Shown here piece after piece: positions 34,901 through 48,396 of a stretch of 64,000 nucleotides of DNA. The notes under the pieces are model-generated. The model was given only the letters and a program-made list of their open reading frames with translations, was not told where the DNA came from and ran no database searches. Origin of the DNA: Strigamia acuminata (taxonomy: Eukaryota); the NCBI GenBank assembly GCA_949358305.1, contig OX442314.1, positions 29,512,001 through 29,576,000 of the forward strand, read 5' to 3'. Both the position numbers and the translations under genes were made by a program. Numbering within the stretch: position 1 is the first letter of the stretch; the number at the start of each line of letters is the position of its first letter.

Positions 34901-36127
34901 AAATTAGATTGCATTGGCTGCTAGTTGTGATTGCTTTTTCAAAAATTTAATATTTATAAAATTCTAATTTTTTCTTAATCTCTTACAGGGCTACATGTGA
35001 ATTGGACTTTGCCTACCCTGTCTCAAACCCTGTAATAATTGCACAAGGTATTAGTCATGCAATCATAAATACACCAGGCATTAATTCTCAAACTGGGAAG
35101 TTACGCAACACTAAAAACAAAGGTATTTATTTTTCTCCAATAAAAAAATAGACACAAAATGGTTCAATTTTCTGATTTGAAAAAAAAATTGAAAATTGAG
35201 TCTTAGAGAACAGATTTGTAAATTTTGCGAAGTAATGAAGCAAAATACTAATTGTACGAATAACAAATAAATAACAAATAATACGGACAAGCCATAAATA
35301 ACATCATTTATTTGTCGATGTTATACAATTGCTTTTTGAGACGTAGCGACCCAAAACATTTTGATGGCTCCACTAAAACTTCCTCCCAGGGGTATCAATA
35401 ATTTTGCAATCATTTTTTTTGCAACAAAACGCTTCTTAATTTAATTTTTTCCCTTTACAGTCGAACCTCATTATAAGGAACCGCGATATAACGAATTTTT
35501 GGATATAACTAATACTTCGTTGGTTGGTTGGCCATAGAACACCATGTTAAAAAATTTTGATATAACGAACTTTCGTTATAATGAACCGATTTTTCGGGTC
35601 CCTTGCAATTCGTTATAACAAGGCTCAACGGTATTTTGCTTTGCGTGCCCCAGTGCAAACTGAGCAGGAGACTTTCCTCCCCATGCATTAATAATTCTGA
35701 TAGAACCTCGAGTCGACTTAAGCAACAAAATGAACCGACAGTAACGGAAACCTCCAAAATTCCAATACCGCTATGGCAACGCTTGCCATTCTTCCGCAGA
35801 CGCAATAGCATGGACTTTAGTCCACACCTTTGCCTGCAACCAGGAATTGGACAAGTTACACAAGTAATAGTTGCAGAAAAATGCTTTTTTCTTGCATTTT
35901 CTGCATTATACAATAAAAAAGATTTGTTCTTACCTCAGGTAATAGGCAAGCAAGGCTAGGCACATTAATATTAATATTTCCATTGTGAGTACTGGCAGTA
36001 AAAAGTGATTGATCTTAAGATGTGACTCCTCCCCCTCCATGAATTGCAAGGAATCAACTTCAGTGACGTCAGGTTTGATGCCACTCGACTCCTGACACAC
36101 TACAATATCATCCTCACTTTTGCTCAT
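31959..36127 (-). CDS. Phospholipid phosphatase-related (PLPPR/PAP2 family) membrane protein; exons ~36127-35934, 34161-34017, 33825-33708, 33598-33407, 33341-33283, 33225-33048, 32286-31959
   Basis: LLAYYLR|FTDEFPVF...YCND; C1 KLMSGRPRP; C2 SFPSFYA; C3 SRLMTNQNHWEDV. A further 5' coding exon is possible, and internal boundaries are approximate. Confidence 0.85.
32524..33033. mobile_element. hAT-type MITE in a PLPPR intron
   Basis: TIR CAGTGTTGTATC; 8-bp TSD GCAGTTAA on both sides. Confidence 0.88.
35456..35633. mobile_element. TA-flanked CAGTCGAA-type MITE
   Basis: TACAGTCGAACCTC...AGGCTCAACGGTA ends; internal sequence is shared with the 50863-51553 cluster. Confidence 0.6.
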
Positions 36128-38113
36128 GCTTGGCTTGTGGGTGAAACTTGATTCAGATATGGTGTCATTCTGCGAGAGAAGGAAGAGAAAAGAAAAGAAA
36201 TTGGTTAGATTGTGTTGGCACAGTTGCAAGCAGTGACTGACATGTCTCCAAGTGGCCACAAATGGGGCTGGCACTTTGAACATTTCCATTTTGCAAATAT
36301 AATTGAATGGGAACTTGATGAGTGATCTGTTGGGTGGTTTGGTTACTGTCAAGTGGTGCCTTCTGGTGGCTGAATGTGAGATGTGTTGGATTGAGATCCA
36401 ATTGCAGGAATGCAATATGACTATTAAGTTTTAATGGTGAGGTTGTTGGAATGTTACATGTTACGTGTGTGGTTTTGTGACATAAGTTGATTGGCAGGGC
36501 CTTTGAGAGGTGGCCACGCACAAATGAGGGGTCTGTGTGAATAAAAACTGATAAATGCACTTCAAATTTTTTTTTTTTTTTACTGTTTATTCTTAATTAT
36601 CCATTTGCTGATTATTAAACCCCGGATTAATGCATACATGCATAGAATATATTTATATTGAATAAAAAGCTGAAAAACAGATTTGGATAATCGTGTAAAA
36701 AAAGAAAAGTGCTGCATTCAAAAAGTCGTCTTAGGTGTTTGTGTTTTGTTTCGTGATGTGAAAAGATGAAATCAAATACAAGCATTGAAAACACTTAAAA
36801 TACGACTTTTTGAATTTAGCTAACTGTGTAGCTTTTTAAAAATCGTGTAGGACCATAATTGAATTTATTTTACTAGATTGTGTTAAATGAAAATTGTGTA
36901 CAATAAATTAGGTACAATTGTAAAGACCGAATTGTGGGTGTACAGTACAGCATCGATTATCTGAATGATCGGTTATACCAACAGTGGTGATCGATGTTTT
37001 GTCGATTTTTTATTGATGTTTATCGGTTTTTTATCGATTTTTTTTATGATTTTTACCGATTTTTTATGATTTTTACCGATTTTTTATGATTTTTACTGAT
37101 TTTTTATGATTTTTACCGCTTTTTTTTAATGATTTTTACCGATTTTTACCGATTTTTTATGATTCTTACCAATTTTTTTTAAAATGATTTTTACCGATTT
37201 TTTTTCAAACGATTTTTTTCAAATGATGTTTACCGATTTTTTATGCTGTTTTCCCGATTTGTATCTGTTTTTAACGATTTTTATCCATTTTGATCGGTCT
37301 TAAAAATGCTTTTTAAATTTTTTTATCCATTTTGATCGGTTTTAAATGCTTTTTAACAGTTTTCGATCTTCGTATGCTGTACCTAGTGTTCGATTATGCG
37401 AACAAATCGGTTTTATGAACACCTCTGTCTCCCAATTAGTTCGGATAATGCTTTACTGTATTTGCTTCTAACTCGATTACCCCTGGACTTTAATCAGTGA
37501 CTTAGCAATCGGGAGCGCAGCTTATGCATGGACATGGAACCATGAGACTAGGGGCCCATAGAGGGTAAAAAATTACATTTTTTTGGTTTTTGGAGGATTA
37601 AAATTCTAGCAAAGGCTCTGCTAAAGGACTCATCAACCCTACATGCACACGGGCCCATTGATTTCTTGCAATGTCACTGACTTTAATGGCTGGGAGTGCG
37701 CGCCAAGTGGCCTGCTAGCTGAAGAGAAAATGTTTTCTTTTGATGACCTAAAAGTTTTTCTTAAAATAAGTTGCGAGCTTAGAACTTTGCTTGCCAGGCA
37801 ATGAATAAAAAATTATAAGTTTTTATTCCAGTAGTAGATTTGCTTCTGGGAAGCACAAGAGAGACCGGCTGTTCAGTTCCCAGTCATGGATTCGATTCTA
37901 CATGTGGACTGTTCTCCTATTCTGTAGCAGCATTAAGAATTGATAGTTTTCTATTATGTTCTGGTGGAATCATCCATTAATGATGTCATGCACTATTCTC
38001 GATTGAGTTTTGATTCCCTTCTTTTGTCTCGATTTTTGAATGGAAGTATCTATTTACAAGGGAAAATGCTTTGGTTCAAAATGCATATTGATAGGTAAAC
38101 GTGGCTCACACAA

Positions 38114-40103
38114 CCGTATTTTACCGATTAAGAGTCGCACTCGAATAAGAGCCACGACCGAGAGTGGGAATTTGATATAAGAGCCGCACTCGGATAATAG
38201 AGGACGGCTACAGCGAGGTTATTGTTACTAGTGTAACGAGAAACGAATCGAATGGGAACTGAAACGCACAAAATGACGAACATTTCAAGCTATACTCCAA
38301 ACCGATACAATGTTGTCCAAACTCCTATTGGTTGATCCGGATTACGCCTAACTGTGGGCTGTGCTCTACTACACGCAAAAGTGTTTCTGTTTATTTTCAA
38401 TGAATTTTAGTGTAAAAAGTGATTAGAATGATGGATTTTATTTATTTGGTAATAAAATATTTATTTCATTTGCTAAAATAAGCTTTTTTTCCTTTTAATC
38501 AATCAAACAATGTTAGTATAGTTAGTTGGTTTCCTTTGTCAACAAAGGTTTAGTTTTTTACTGGTTGTTTTGCCTAGTTAGATAATAATTCTAGTGTTAC
38601 GGGCTACTTTTTTGTGCCACTACACCAGTGATACGGCTCAACCAATAGGAGTTTGGACAACATTGTATCGGTTTGGAGTATACTGTAGGTGATGTTAAGA
38701 TTAATCTTGAGATGAAAAAATATTTTTTATTATATTTAGAGTAACTAAATGGGGCAGGTGCCGTGTTGGCAAAATCATAAGGATTCTTCAACCGGATTGG
38801 CTTAACACACTGATGTAGGCCAGCCTAGGTTAGGGCTTAGGGCTTCATTTGGTGTGAACAGGGTATAAAGAACCCACTTCAATATAGAACCAGAGGAGGA
38901 CAGAGACTGTTTTGATAAAAGTTTGTAGTAAACAGGAAATTAATTTGTTGCTATTGTGACAATAAGACTTTAGTCCACATTTATAAATAGAATCACCTTT
39001 GGAACAAGGTTAGGATGAAAGAATAGCATGAATGAACTTTCAGCACAGGAGATCAATGGTCATTGATCTTTGATTTTAGGTGCTGACAGACAATTCTCAG
39101 AGGAATCCAGGACTGGGAATTGAACCACCAGATCCCTTGATTCTCAGAAGGTGCACAAACAACTAGAACTTAAAGGGAATATAACTGTAAATACACTGGG
39201 TGCATTCAAAAAGTCTAAAACGTATGCAAAACTCGTTTCGTGTTTGAACGTGACGTCATTCCCATTGAATAACATTCCCATGTTATTCATTGAGAATGAC
39301 GTCACGTTCAAACGCGAATCGAGTTTTGCATACATTTTAGACTTTTTGAATGCACCTACTGATTAACATTATTTCTCCTACTATAAATTACTGCTTTATT
39401 CTCATTGGGTGCCTGTGAGACACTATGACAAATAAATAATGTAAAGTCGTGGACAAAAAAAATTCCCTTCAGTTTAGCTGTTTTAATTTTATCTGCCAGG
39501 TGGCATAATAATCCATTGAGATTGAATGACATCAATCTTGACCGGGTCTCTCGTCTTGCCCTAAAAACAGTATTAAAAGATAGACCGGGCAAATAATGGT
39601 AGATAAACTGAAAACAGCAAAACTGAAGGGAAGTTTTGTCCACGACTGTACATTCCATCTGTCGTCCCAATGCTCAAACTTTTTGCGGGCAAATGGCGGA
39701 CAATTGACATCCCGCATTTACATTTTTGGCGGACATTAGAACGAAGTTCAATTTTATTTAATGTTAGATTTAAAAATAATATCTAATAATGTAATAAATA
39801 ATTTTCAGACATTATTTTTAACTTAAAAATAAAATATAAATGTTCTCTAAAAATGCAAATGCGGGATGTCATGTCAGTTGTCCGCCATTTGCCCGCAAAA
39901 TTACGTCATTTAGTGCCATTTCGACCGGATGGCGCTACGAATCACTTTACAGTCTAACAATTAAATTGTGCTAGATGTGAAGTCCTGTAGTTAATCGTCC
40001 TAGGTTACATTAAACAAATGTAACAAACGAAAAACCAAAATTGTAATTGCTGACAAAAATGCAGTTTGAATAAGAGCCGCAGCTCTTAATCGATAAAATA
40101 CGG
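38114..40103. mobile_element. CCGTATTT-ended non-autonomous element holding nested palindromic MITEs (38291-38682, 39199-39356, 39441-39650, 39681-39900)
   Basis: TIR CCGTATTTTACCGATTAAGAG / CTCTTAATCGATAAAATACGG; each nested unit has its own inverted ends. Confidence 0.75.
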
Positions 40104-40649
40104 TAATTCAAAATGAGCAAGACTGTCCCTTTAAATAGCTTGTTTAAACTCCATACTTTAGCGCACCAAGTTTGGGCAAAAAATATATTTTACTGCAATT
40201 TTAAACAATGAAAATTGTTTTGTTTAAATGACTATCTGAAACCATAGAGCTAAATTGGTTGAAATGAGGTAAATTTAGCGAACTTTCGGTTTCATTATTA
40301 CATTGGGAGACGAGGCTCCAATTCCTGACAAGATTTATGAGTTTTCCATTGTACTTATGCGCCCCTGTAATTCCAGAATTCAAATTAACGGTTAAAAGGA
40401 TTTGCGCTTGCGATAGAACCTATAATTCAGTGATGGTGGCAATTGCGGCTCGAGCAGGGTGATATGTAAGTAATTGTCTTCAAACCCCGAATGCCAAAAT
40501 TGGTGCTTGAACACGTGTTTTAGAAACCGAAATAGTGGTTCGAATGTCTCCGCTACAAATTGTTAATCGAGACCACAAATCGAGATTTTAAAAATAAAAT
40601 TAATTAAACTCAATACTAAAGAGGAGAAGTCAGTCTCTGCGTGAGAGTT

Positions 40650-40800
40650 AGCACTTCCGGAAGTGTAACTTTTAATGTAATTCCGGAACCGGAAGTGCGT
40701 CATTTTTTGTGTGATTTTTTTTCGGAAGTGGCGCCACCTGTTGGCGGTAACTTCGGGTAATGTGTAACGTCAAGATGGCCGCCAATTTCAACACTTCCTG
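40650..40800. promoter_or_regulatory. Cluster of ETS, YY1-like and CTCF-like motifs (promoter-like)
   Basis: ACTTCCGGAAGT, CCGGAAGT, CGGAAGTG, GCGCCACCTGTTGGCGG, CAAGATGGCCGCC and ACTTCCTG within 150 bp. Confidence 0.5.
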
Positions 40801-41939
40801 TTTTGTCATTTTTTTTTTCAAATAATTTCTATTAATTTCAAGTAAAACCTTTACCTTTTTATAATTGTATTTGAGTGTTTCAGCATTCTGAATGCTGAAG
40901 CAATACAACCACGTATACTATTGATTTCCCTTATATAGCAGCCAAAAAAGTTGCATGTAGTAGGCTGGTGCGTCGAATGTACCCCCATCGGAATAAATTA
41001 TTAAAAACGACTTTTTCGATTTGAAATGACATTATTCCTGTGTAGTTTTATGTGTTCTTTTTAATGATAAAGAGAAAACAAACATTAAATGTTGTTTAAA
41101 TGGAGAAAAAGCGAAATTACGGCAATTTTAGTAGATCGTAGCGCCACCTGACGGGAGCCGTGCGTACTAATAGTAATGCAATGTTCGCTTCGATACGTTT
41201 TTTGAGGTTGTCTAGGTCGTAATGAGGTCCAAAAATTCTAAAACCAAGCCCATTTGAAAGGTAATACAATTCTGCACAACCCTGTATATTTTTTAATTCC
41301 ATTCGGTCAAGGAAAGGTACCGATTCGGACGTTTTTAGCGGGTGAACGAATGTTAAAAATTACAAAATCTTCGTCGCGATATGTTTTTCAAATGTTTCAA
41401 CATCAAGATGAGCTTGGAAAATTCTGGAACTAAGCTCATTTTGAAGAGGAGACAATTCTGCACAAGCCTATATTTTTTATTTTTTGATTCGGGCGAGGGA
41501 AAGTGCCGATACGGACGTTTTTAGCGGGTAAACGAATGCAAATTCAGACGGAATTGTTCGTCGCGATCGGTTTTTTGATGTTTTCTATGCCGAAATGAGG
41601 TCAGAAAATTATAAAACCAAGACCATTCGATTGGAAATTGAATTTTGCACAAGCCTGTATTTTTTATTTTTTAATTCGGGCGAGGAAAAGTTCCGATTCG
41701 GGCGATCTTAGCGGGTGACCGATTGGAAAATTTAGTCGAAATTTGAATTTCATCATGTAAAAACCCAAAATTCGTAAAATTAACCGAATGAAATGTTTAG
41801 AACATGTTTCCAGAGTAAAAACCCCTGCTGAAAACGATGGTGTGAATAACTTTTTGATCGGAATTATGGTTGGCGTTTAATTTGAAAAAAACGATCTTTT
41901 TTGGGTAATTTTATCCAAAAAAATTGATAAATTGGTTGG

Positions 41940-42240
41940 ATAATAAACCAGGAGAAAACAACGGGTAAATAGGAGAAAATGGCGGGTAAATAGGAGAAAG
42001 TAGCGGGTAAAAACATAAAATAGCGGGTTAAAATTAAAAACATTTGTTAGCAAAACCAGGAGAAAACAGCAGGTAAATAGGAAAAAACAGCGGGTAAATA
42101 GAAAAAAACAACGGGTAAATAGAAAAAAACAGCGGGTAAATAGGAAAAAACGGCGGGTAAATAGGAAAAAACAGCGGGTAAATAGGAGAAAATAGCGTGT
42201 AAAAACATAAAATAGCTGGTAAAAATTAAAAACATTTGTC
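41940..42240. repeat. ~20-bp minisatellite (AAAAACAGCGGGTAAATAGG)n
   Basis: Visible tandem units. Confidence 0.85.
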
Positions 42241-44702
42241 AGCAAAAGCTGCCGACAGATGGCGCTTTTTCCAAAATGCTGTGTGGCTGGATTGGGTATT
42301 GGCCTGATTGGCGTTGGGTTTGGTTCTGTTTTGGTTTGGTGTAGTTTGGGTTAGGGTTGCATTTTTGTGTGGTTTAACAAAAATGTGTTTTTATATTTGT
42401 TTGATCTATGGTTTTGAGTGATTTATCATTCTGCGGGTGAACAGCTAGTCAAATTAAACTAAAAATAAATACATTGATGTTTGAGTTGGGCTTTTAATGA
42501 CTCATTGAAAATTATATAGAAGGTGAAATTGGAAAACTGACTCATTAAAAAAGTCAATACTTTTCTTACTACTCATTTTGTTTATTTTTAAACTGATGCT
42601 TTTGAGCAATAAAATTTCAATAATTTATTTTTATTTTTCTGCAAAATCGTCAAAAAACATTAAAAATTGATTAACCCTCCCCACCCCATTCTAGCGTCAA
42701 TTTTGACCTCCAAAAGTGTTTTTATTTTCTCTCTCGAAAACTATCGGGATTTTCATTCTGAAATTTCATGTATTTTCTTTTAACATCATAACAAACAATA
42801 AAAAAAAATAATTGATTTAAAAATTGCAAAAGAAAATTTTCACAAAATTCCTTTGTTTACTCACTACTTTTGAATACAATGTCAATTATTTTTGTCGCTC
42901 TCTGTTGTCAAATACCGAATTGCTTAAATTTCTTTATAAACATGAAATAATCGACGAATAAAATCATTTTCACTCATTTTTGGAAAAAGTTTTTCGGCTT
43001 GTGGTCAAAAATGACCCGGGTTGGGTGAGTAAGAGATTTTCTTTAGGTTGGGGTACTGTTAGGGTTAAAAAACAAATAAAAATCGGTAAAAGATCGATAA
43101 AACATCACTTACTGCCGTTTGGTTAACCGATCGTTCGTATAACCAGTGTTCCGATAATCAAAGCTCTACTGTAAGTGGGAGTTGTTTAGTATGCCTTTAA
43201 AATGACTCCCTTATTTATTTGTTTATTTATTTATAGCCATTTTTAAACATTTTAGGTGTGAAATATTTTTATTATTAATGTTTTCTGATGTTGACACTGG
43301 GTGGCAACAGCTTTACCCATAAATAACTAGGGATAATTACTTATGAAAAGGTGGATGTGATTTTAACACATTTTGGCACTTTCAGATTGAATTCAAGATT
43401 GAGATTAAATTACTTGTTGATTTGTCATTACATTAGGATAATGTCAAGTGGATCAATTTCCTGCTACTTTTTCTAAGAACACGGGCAATTAATTCATACT
43501 TAGAAATTTTTTTTCCTTACAAAAAACGAGGAAATAAAAAAAAAAATCGAATATCCCTATTTTTAGAAACGATTCAGTCTCCCCATCGCCCCATCCCTAC
43601 CACAACCCTCCATCTTGGACGTGGCACGTGCCAGATGCAACACTACAGCTGGGGGGAGCAGGAAGGGCATTGATACATGACTCACAGACGTGTATTTTGA
43701 CTAGAATTTCAACGTTAAATAATCGCGTTTTAAATTAAAAATTGCGCGTAAAAATTAAATTAAAATATAAAAAACACGTTTTTATCAATGCAACGACGAA
43801 ACAACAATGGGATAATATAAAAACGAGCGTTTTATCTCATTTTAAGCCATTAAAAATGAGATAAAATTGAAATTTGAATGAAATAACGCTCGAAATGATT
43901 TGATTTTGCATCAATAAAAGCGAACAATTGAAATAAAAGTGTCAAGTTTGAAAAATTTGCCCTTGCGGTTCGCAATGAATCGTGAAACGGATACTTTGTT
44001 TCTAAATATATATTTGTATGTGGGTTTTGTTGTGTAAAATAAAAAATGGAGACGGAATAAAATATTTGTTTAGGATTCCTACCTGTTCGCGAGTCAATTT
44101 GAGTTGCTAGTGGAGTGGAAAGAATTTATTTTACCAATTCTGTGACCAATTTCAAATCCACTCCTCGGGATACAAAAGCTGCTTCTGTTGATGATGTGGT
44201 ATGGCGCACTGCACATGCGCGTTGCTATGGGGTTGTCAGGAGAAGCCTGAATCAATAGAATGGGGTTGTAAAGTGGGAATTTATTCGCTGCATTGAAAAA
44301 TATGGCATTGGGTGGGTGGGGGGGGGGTAAGGTACAAAATGGGGAGTTGTTTTTATATATTTTATATTTATTTATTTATTCGTGTTATTTTATGTTTGTT
44401 AATTTTTTTTTTATGTAATATAAAATTAGAGTGGTTGTAATGTGAATTGTTTGTTCAATCAATGGAATCAATTGATTTTTGGGGATATTATTTCATTCTA
44501 TTGTTCATTGTGTTGGGTTTGCGTGTACTAGTTTTGTGTTGATGTGTAATTTTAGTTGTTTTTGGTTTGGTGGGTGTGTATGGAGGTGCCCTCTGTCGAG
44601 TGATTTTTTTTTAGTTTAAAGGAGCAGTGTGTGTGGGGATTATTGTAAATGCTCTTAGTGAGCGCGGGGATGTTAATTGAACGCGTATCTTTTACAACAC
44701 GT

Positions 44703-45178
44703 GTCTAAATTGAACAAAACGACTAAAATAGATGTCTAAATTGAACAAAACGACTAAAATAGATGTCTAAATTGAACAAAACGACTAAAATAGATGTCTA
44801 AATTGAACAAAACGACTAAAATAGATGTCTAAATTGAACAAAACGACTAAAATAGATGTCTAAATTGAACAAAACGACTAAAATAGATGTCTAAATTGAA
44901 CAAAACGACTAAAATAGATGTCTAAATTGAACAAAACGATTAAAATAGATGTCTAAATTGTGCAAAACTGCTAAAATTAATGTCTAAATTGAACAAAACG
45001 ACAAAAATAGATGTCTAAATTGAACAAAACGACTAAAATAGATGTATAAATTGAACAAAACGACTAAAATAGATGTCTAAATTGAACAAAACGACTAAAA
45101 TAGATGTCTAAATTGAACAAAACGACTAAAATAGATGTCTAAATTGAACAAAACGACTAAAATAGATGTCTAAATTGA
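44703..45178. repeat. 31-bp minisatellite (GTCTAAATTGAACAAAACGACTAAAATAGAT)n
   Basis: About 15 near-identical abutting units with no spacers. Confidence 0.95.
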
Positions 45179-46159
45179 CCAAATCGATTGAATTCAGTAT
45201 TTTAAGTATAGGTTTTGTCAATAGAGTGCGGGTGTTCTGTCAGAGCTATTTACGGTAATCTACTGTTTGTGGTGATTGGTGAGGAAGTTTGCTGGAGGAT
45301 TGGGTTTATGAATGAATAAAATGAGGTTTAATTAGGTATGGAATTGTTTATTGAGCAATGAACAATGTAGAAACTTGAGAAAAGTGTTGATAATAAGCAG
45401 AGGTTTAGGTTTATCCTGGAGAGGAGCATGAGGGATATCCGTGAATATTCGATTTGGTTGGTTTAAAGGGAATGGAATTGTGCGTGGTTGATTGGAGTTG
45501 TGTGTCTCCATGAATGAAAGTTTTGGTGTGAGTGGAGGCAAAAATGGGGAAAGGTTTTTTAAACTATATTTGTGGGAATTTAATTGGATTTATGGTGATT
45601 TACGGATTTGAGTTGATTTATGAGATTTCGGTAGATGTCCATTAGTTTTAAAAGATTTGATTCGCATAGATTTTTATGGATGTGTGTGGATAGTTTATTG
45701 ATTTTTTAAATTTGCAAGGATTTTTATACACTTCTAACTATAATTTGTATACTAGTAGATTTGTTTAGTTTTTTTACAGATTTGTAAAGATTTTATATAG
45801 ATTTGTACAGATTTTATACAGATTTATATAAATTTTATACAGATTTGTGTAGATTTTATACAGATTTGTGTAGATTTTATACAGATTTGTGTGGATTTTA
45901 TGTAGATTTGTATGGATTTGTATAGATTTCTGTGGAGTTTGTATATATTTTTATGGATTTTGTATAGATTTATATAGTTTTTTATGGATTTTGGATAGAT
46001 TTGTAATGATTTTCGTCGAAGTTTTATAAATTTTTAAGAATTTCTATAGAAATGTATTGATTTTCAAGGATTTTCATTTATTTTTATATTGATTTCTAAG
46101 GAGTTCACTTTTTGAAACTTTTATTTCATATGCGTATCACTTCAGTGGTTTGTTACAAA

Positions 46160-46197
46160 CCACTGAAGATGGTTGAGAACAGCCAAAAGGCCTTTGG
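46160..46197 (+). ncRNA. Degenerate minimal hammerhead ribozyme (Penelope-like element remnant), copy 1
   Basis: CCA-CTGAAGA-TGGTTGAGAACAGCC-AAAAGGCCT-T-TGG; the conserved GAAA is mutated to AAAA. Confidence 0.6.
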
Positions 46198-46514
46198 AAA
46201 GACTAGCGTATTTTAATTTGTCATTTAATTCTTTTTAATAAGGAGTCAACTGTCTTTTTAAACATTTATAATCATTTTCTCAAATGTTTATAATTTTCTA
46301 TGACTTATTAAATGTACAATTATAGTCATAAAAATTGTCGCCTACTCCTTACGCCAGCACACGGAGAACGCAACAATTTTTATGACCGAGATTGTACAAG
46401 AATTTTCACAGGAACGTTAATCTATCAAAATCTAATAATAACAAAACAAAAACAAAAAAAAAATTCGATTTTTATCTCAAACCAAAAAATCTTTTTGCAC
46501 TAACTTAAATAATA

Positions 46515-47244
46515 CCGTATTTTACCGATTAAGAGTCACCCTTGAATTGTAGCCGCCCTCGATTAGTAGCCGCGGCTGAGACACCAGGGATATCGTATTT
46601 TTGCAAAAGTACGGTATTGTTTTCGTATTTAACCTCACAAACGATGACGCTTCGTTCGTGATGTTCTGACTTTGTTTGTTAACCTTTTGAGGCATAAGGC
46701 TTTACGGATTTACGGACAAGCTCTTTCTTGAATAGGAAAATTTTTTTTTCTATTTATTTTTTTTGCTGAAAATATGTGATTTTGTTTATATCATACTGAA
46801 CCTTAACTCAGGTGAAATTTTAAGTCATGGGTAATTTATTTAATTAATTACGCTAAATGCAAATTTTCTGCCCCTTAAAACTCCAGCAAAACTTTTATTC
46901 TGGCTTTGCTGCCTAAGAAAGAGTGCTTCAGTTAACAGCTTTTCGCATTTCCCAGTAGTGTTTAAACCAACCACTAGTTGGTAAAAAAAATATATTTTTT
47001 TACTGTTCAGAACTAGCGCCCTTTATAAAATTAGTTACGAACTTTAAAAAATTGAAACGCCGCTTTAACTAATTGACCTGAAAATTGTCCATAAATCCGT
47101 AATGCCTAAGACCAGAACGGCACATTTTACCCTTATTGCCTTCGAGGGTTAAACAAATTTAACAAACGAAAAACCGAAATTGTAATTGCTGACAAAAATG
47201 GCAGTTTTGAATAAGAGCCGCGACTCTTAATCGACAAAATATGG
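46515..47244. mobile_element. Second CCGTATTT-ended element
   Basis: Same TIRs and right subterminal sequence as 38114-40103; TA-flanked. Confidence 0.75.
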
Positions 47245-48122
47245 TATACTGTCTGGCAGTAAAACATGGTCGATTGTACTCCAATTGCCCGATAAAAGAA
47301 CGACAAGCAATGAGGAATTAGTGACACATTTCACAAGTTTCCAAGTTTTCGGCCACTGCAATGGACTTAAAAGTGGAACACTGGTACCAAATGACACATG
47401 TCTGAAAAACCAGAGATCAATATTTTTTTTTATTTAAGAAAAAAAGTCCTGAGGAAAAGTGTAGCTGGTTTTTCGATGTCTCTCCGACTTGTCTTGAGAT
47501 TGAGAGGCAGCTTGGAGTCGACGCGCTGCAGAGATCGCTATTGGCAGTATTCTGAAGGCAGGGATTTGGTGAAATGAAATCCCTCTTAAAGGCTGTGACA
47601 GGAAGTGAGGCGTTCCTCTGTTTCCCCTCATCACACCGCTTGAGGTTGTCTCTTTTGAGCTCTTTAGATTCAATGCGAACTTGGTAAACACCCCTGTTGA
47701 CACAGTTACACTTGAGACCACACTTCTACCACAGTTGTACCACAGAAAATACTCAAATATTAATTAGTGACAATAAAAATCAATTTGTTGTCGAGTGGAC
47801 TCTTGGGAATTGACGTGTACACATTGTTGTGGGAAAATGTGAGTCCTCTGTTTTGTATTTGGATGGCATCCAAAGGGATCATAAAACGATTTTTTTGGGA
47901 GTGTATTTTCCTGTTGAGTTTTTTTATTATTTATATCCATTAAACATTCATTGTTTTTTCAGATTGTGTTGTCAAATGTGGAAATTATATTGAAGGAAGT
48001 TGCAGCTGAAAACGGATAAAGTGAGCGGTGGAAATTGTGATGAATTGATACGTATGTTGCGGTAAGCTGAACAACCAATTCATATTTCTTGCAATAATAT
48101 ATTTCTGTCTTGCAATACAGTG

Positions 48123-48396
48123 TACAGTCGTGTTCAAAAAAACTGGACCGTTGCTCTACGCTGGCAATTGAACTTGTGAGTAATTTTGTGTTTTGCCACT
48201 AGGTGAAACACCAGACATCAACAGGTAATGATACAGACAAGGTATGTAATATTATGGGGCCGCTTTTATGTGGGCCACCCGGTATTATCACTTGTTGGCG
48301 TCTGGTGTTTCACCTAGTGACAAAACAAGAAATTACTCACAAGTTCAATTGCTAGCATAGAGGAGTGAGGGTCTAGTTTTTTTGAACACGACTGTA
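48123..48396. mobile_element. TA-flanked palindromic MITE
   Basis: TACAGTCGTGTTCAAAAAAACT...AGTTTTTTTGAACACGACTGTA; partial copy near 54004-54085. Confidence 0.8.

Noticed and set aside
37825..37890. tRNA-like or SINE-like segment (similar inverted sequence near 39110-39170)
   Set aside because: Too degenerate to fold a cloverleaf or define A and B boxes with confidence.
44703..45178. 31-bp repeat as a CRISPR array
   Set aside because: Units abut with no unique spacers.
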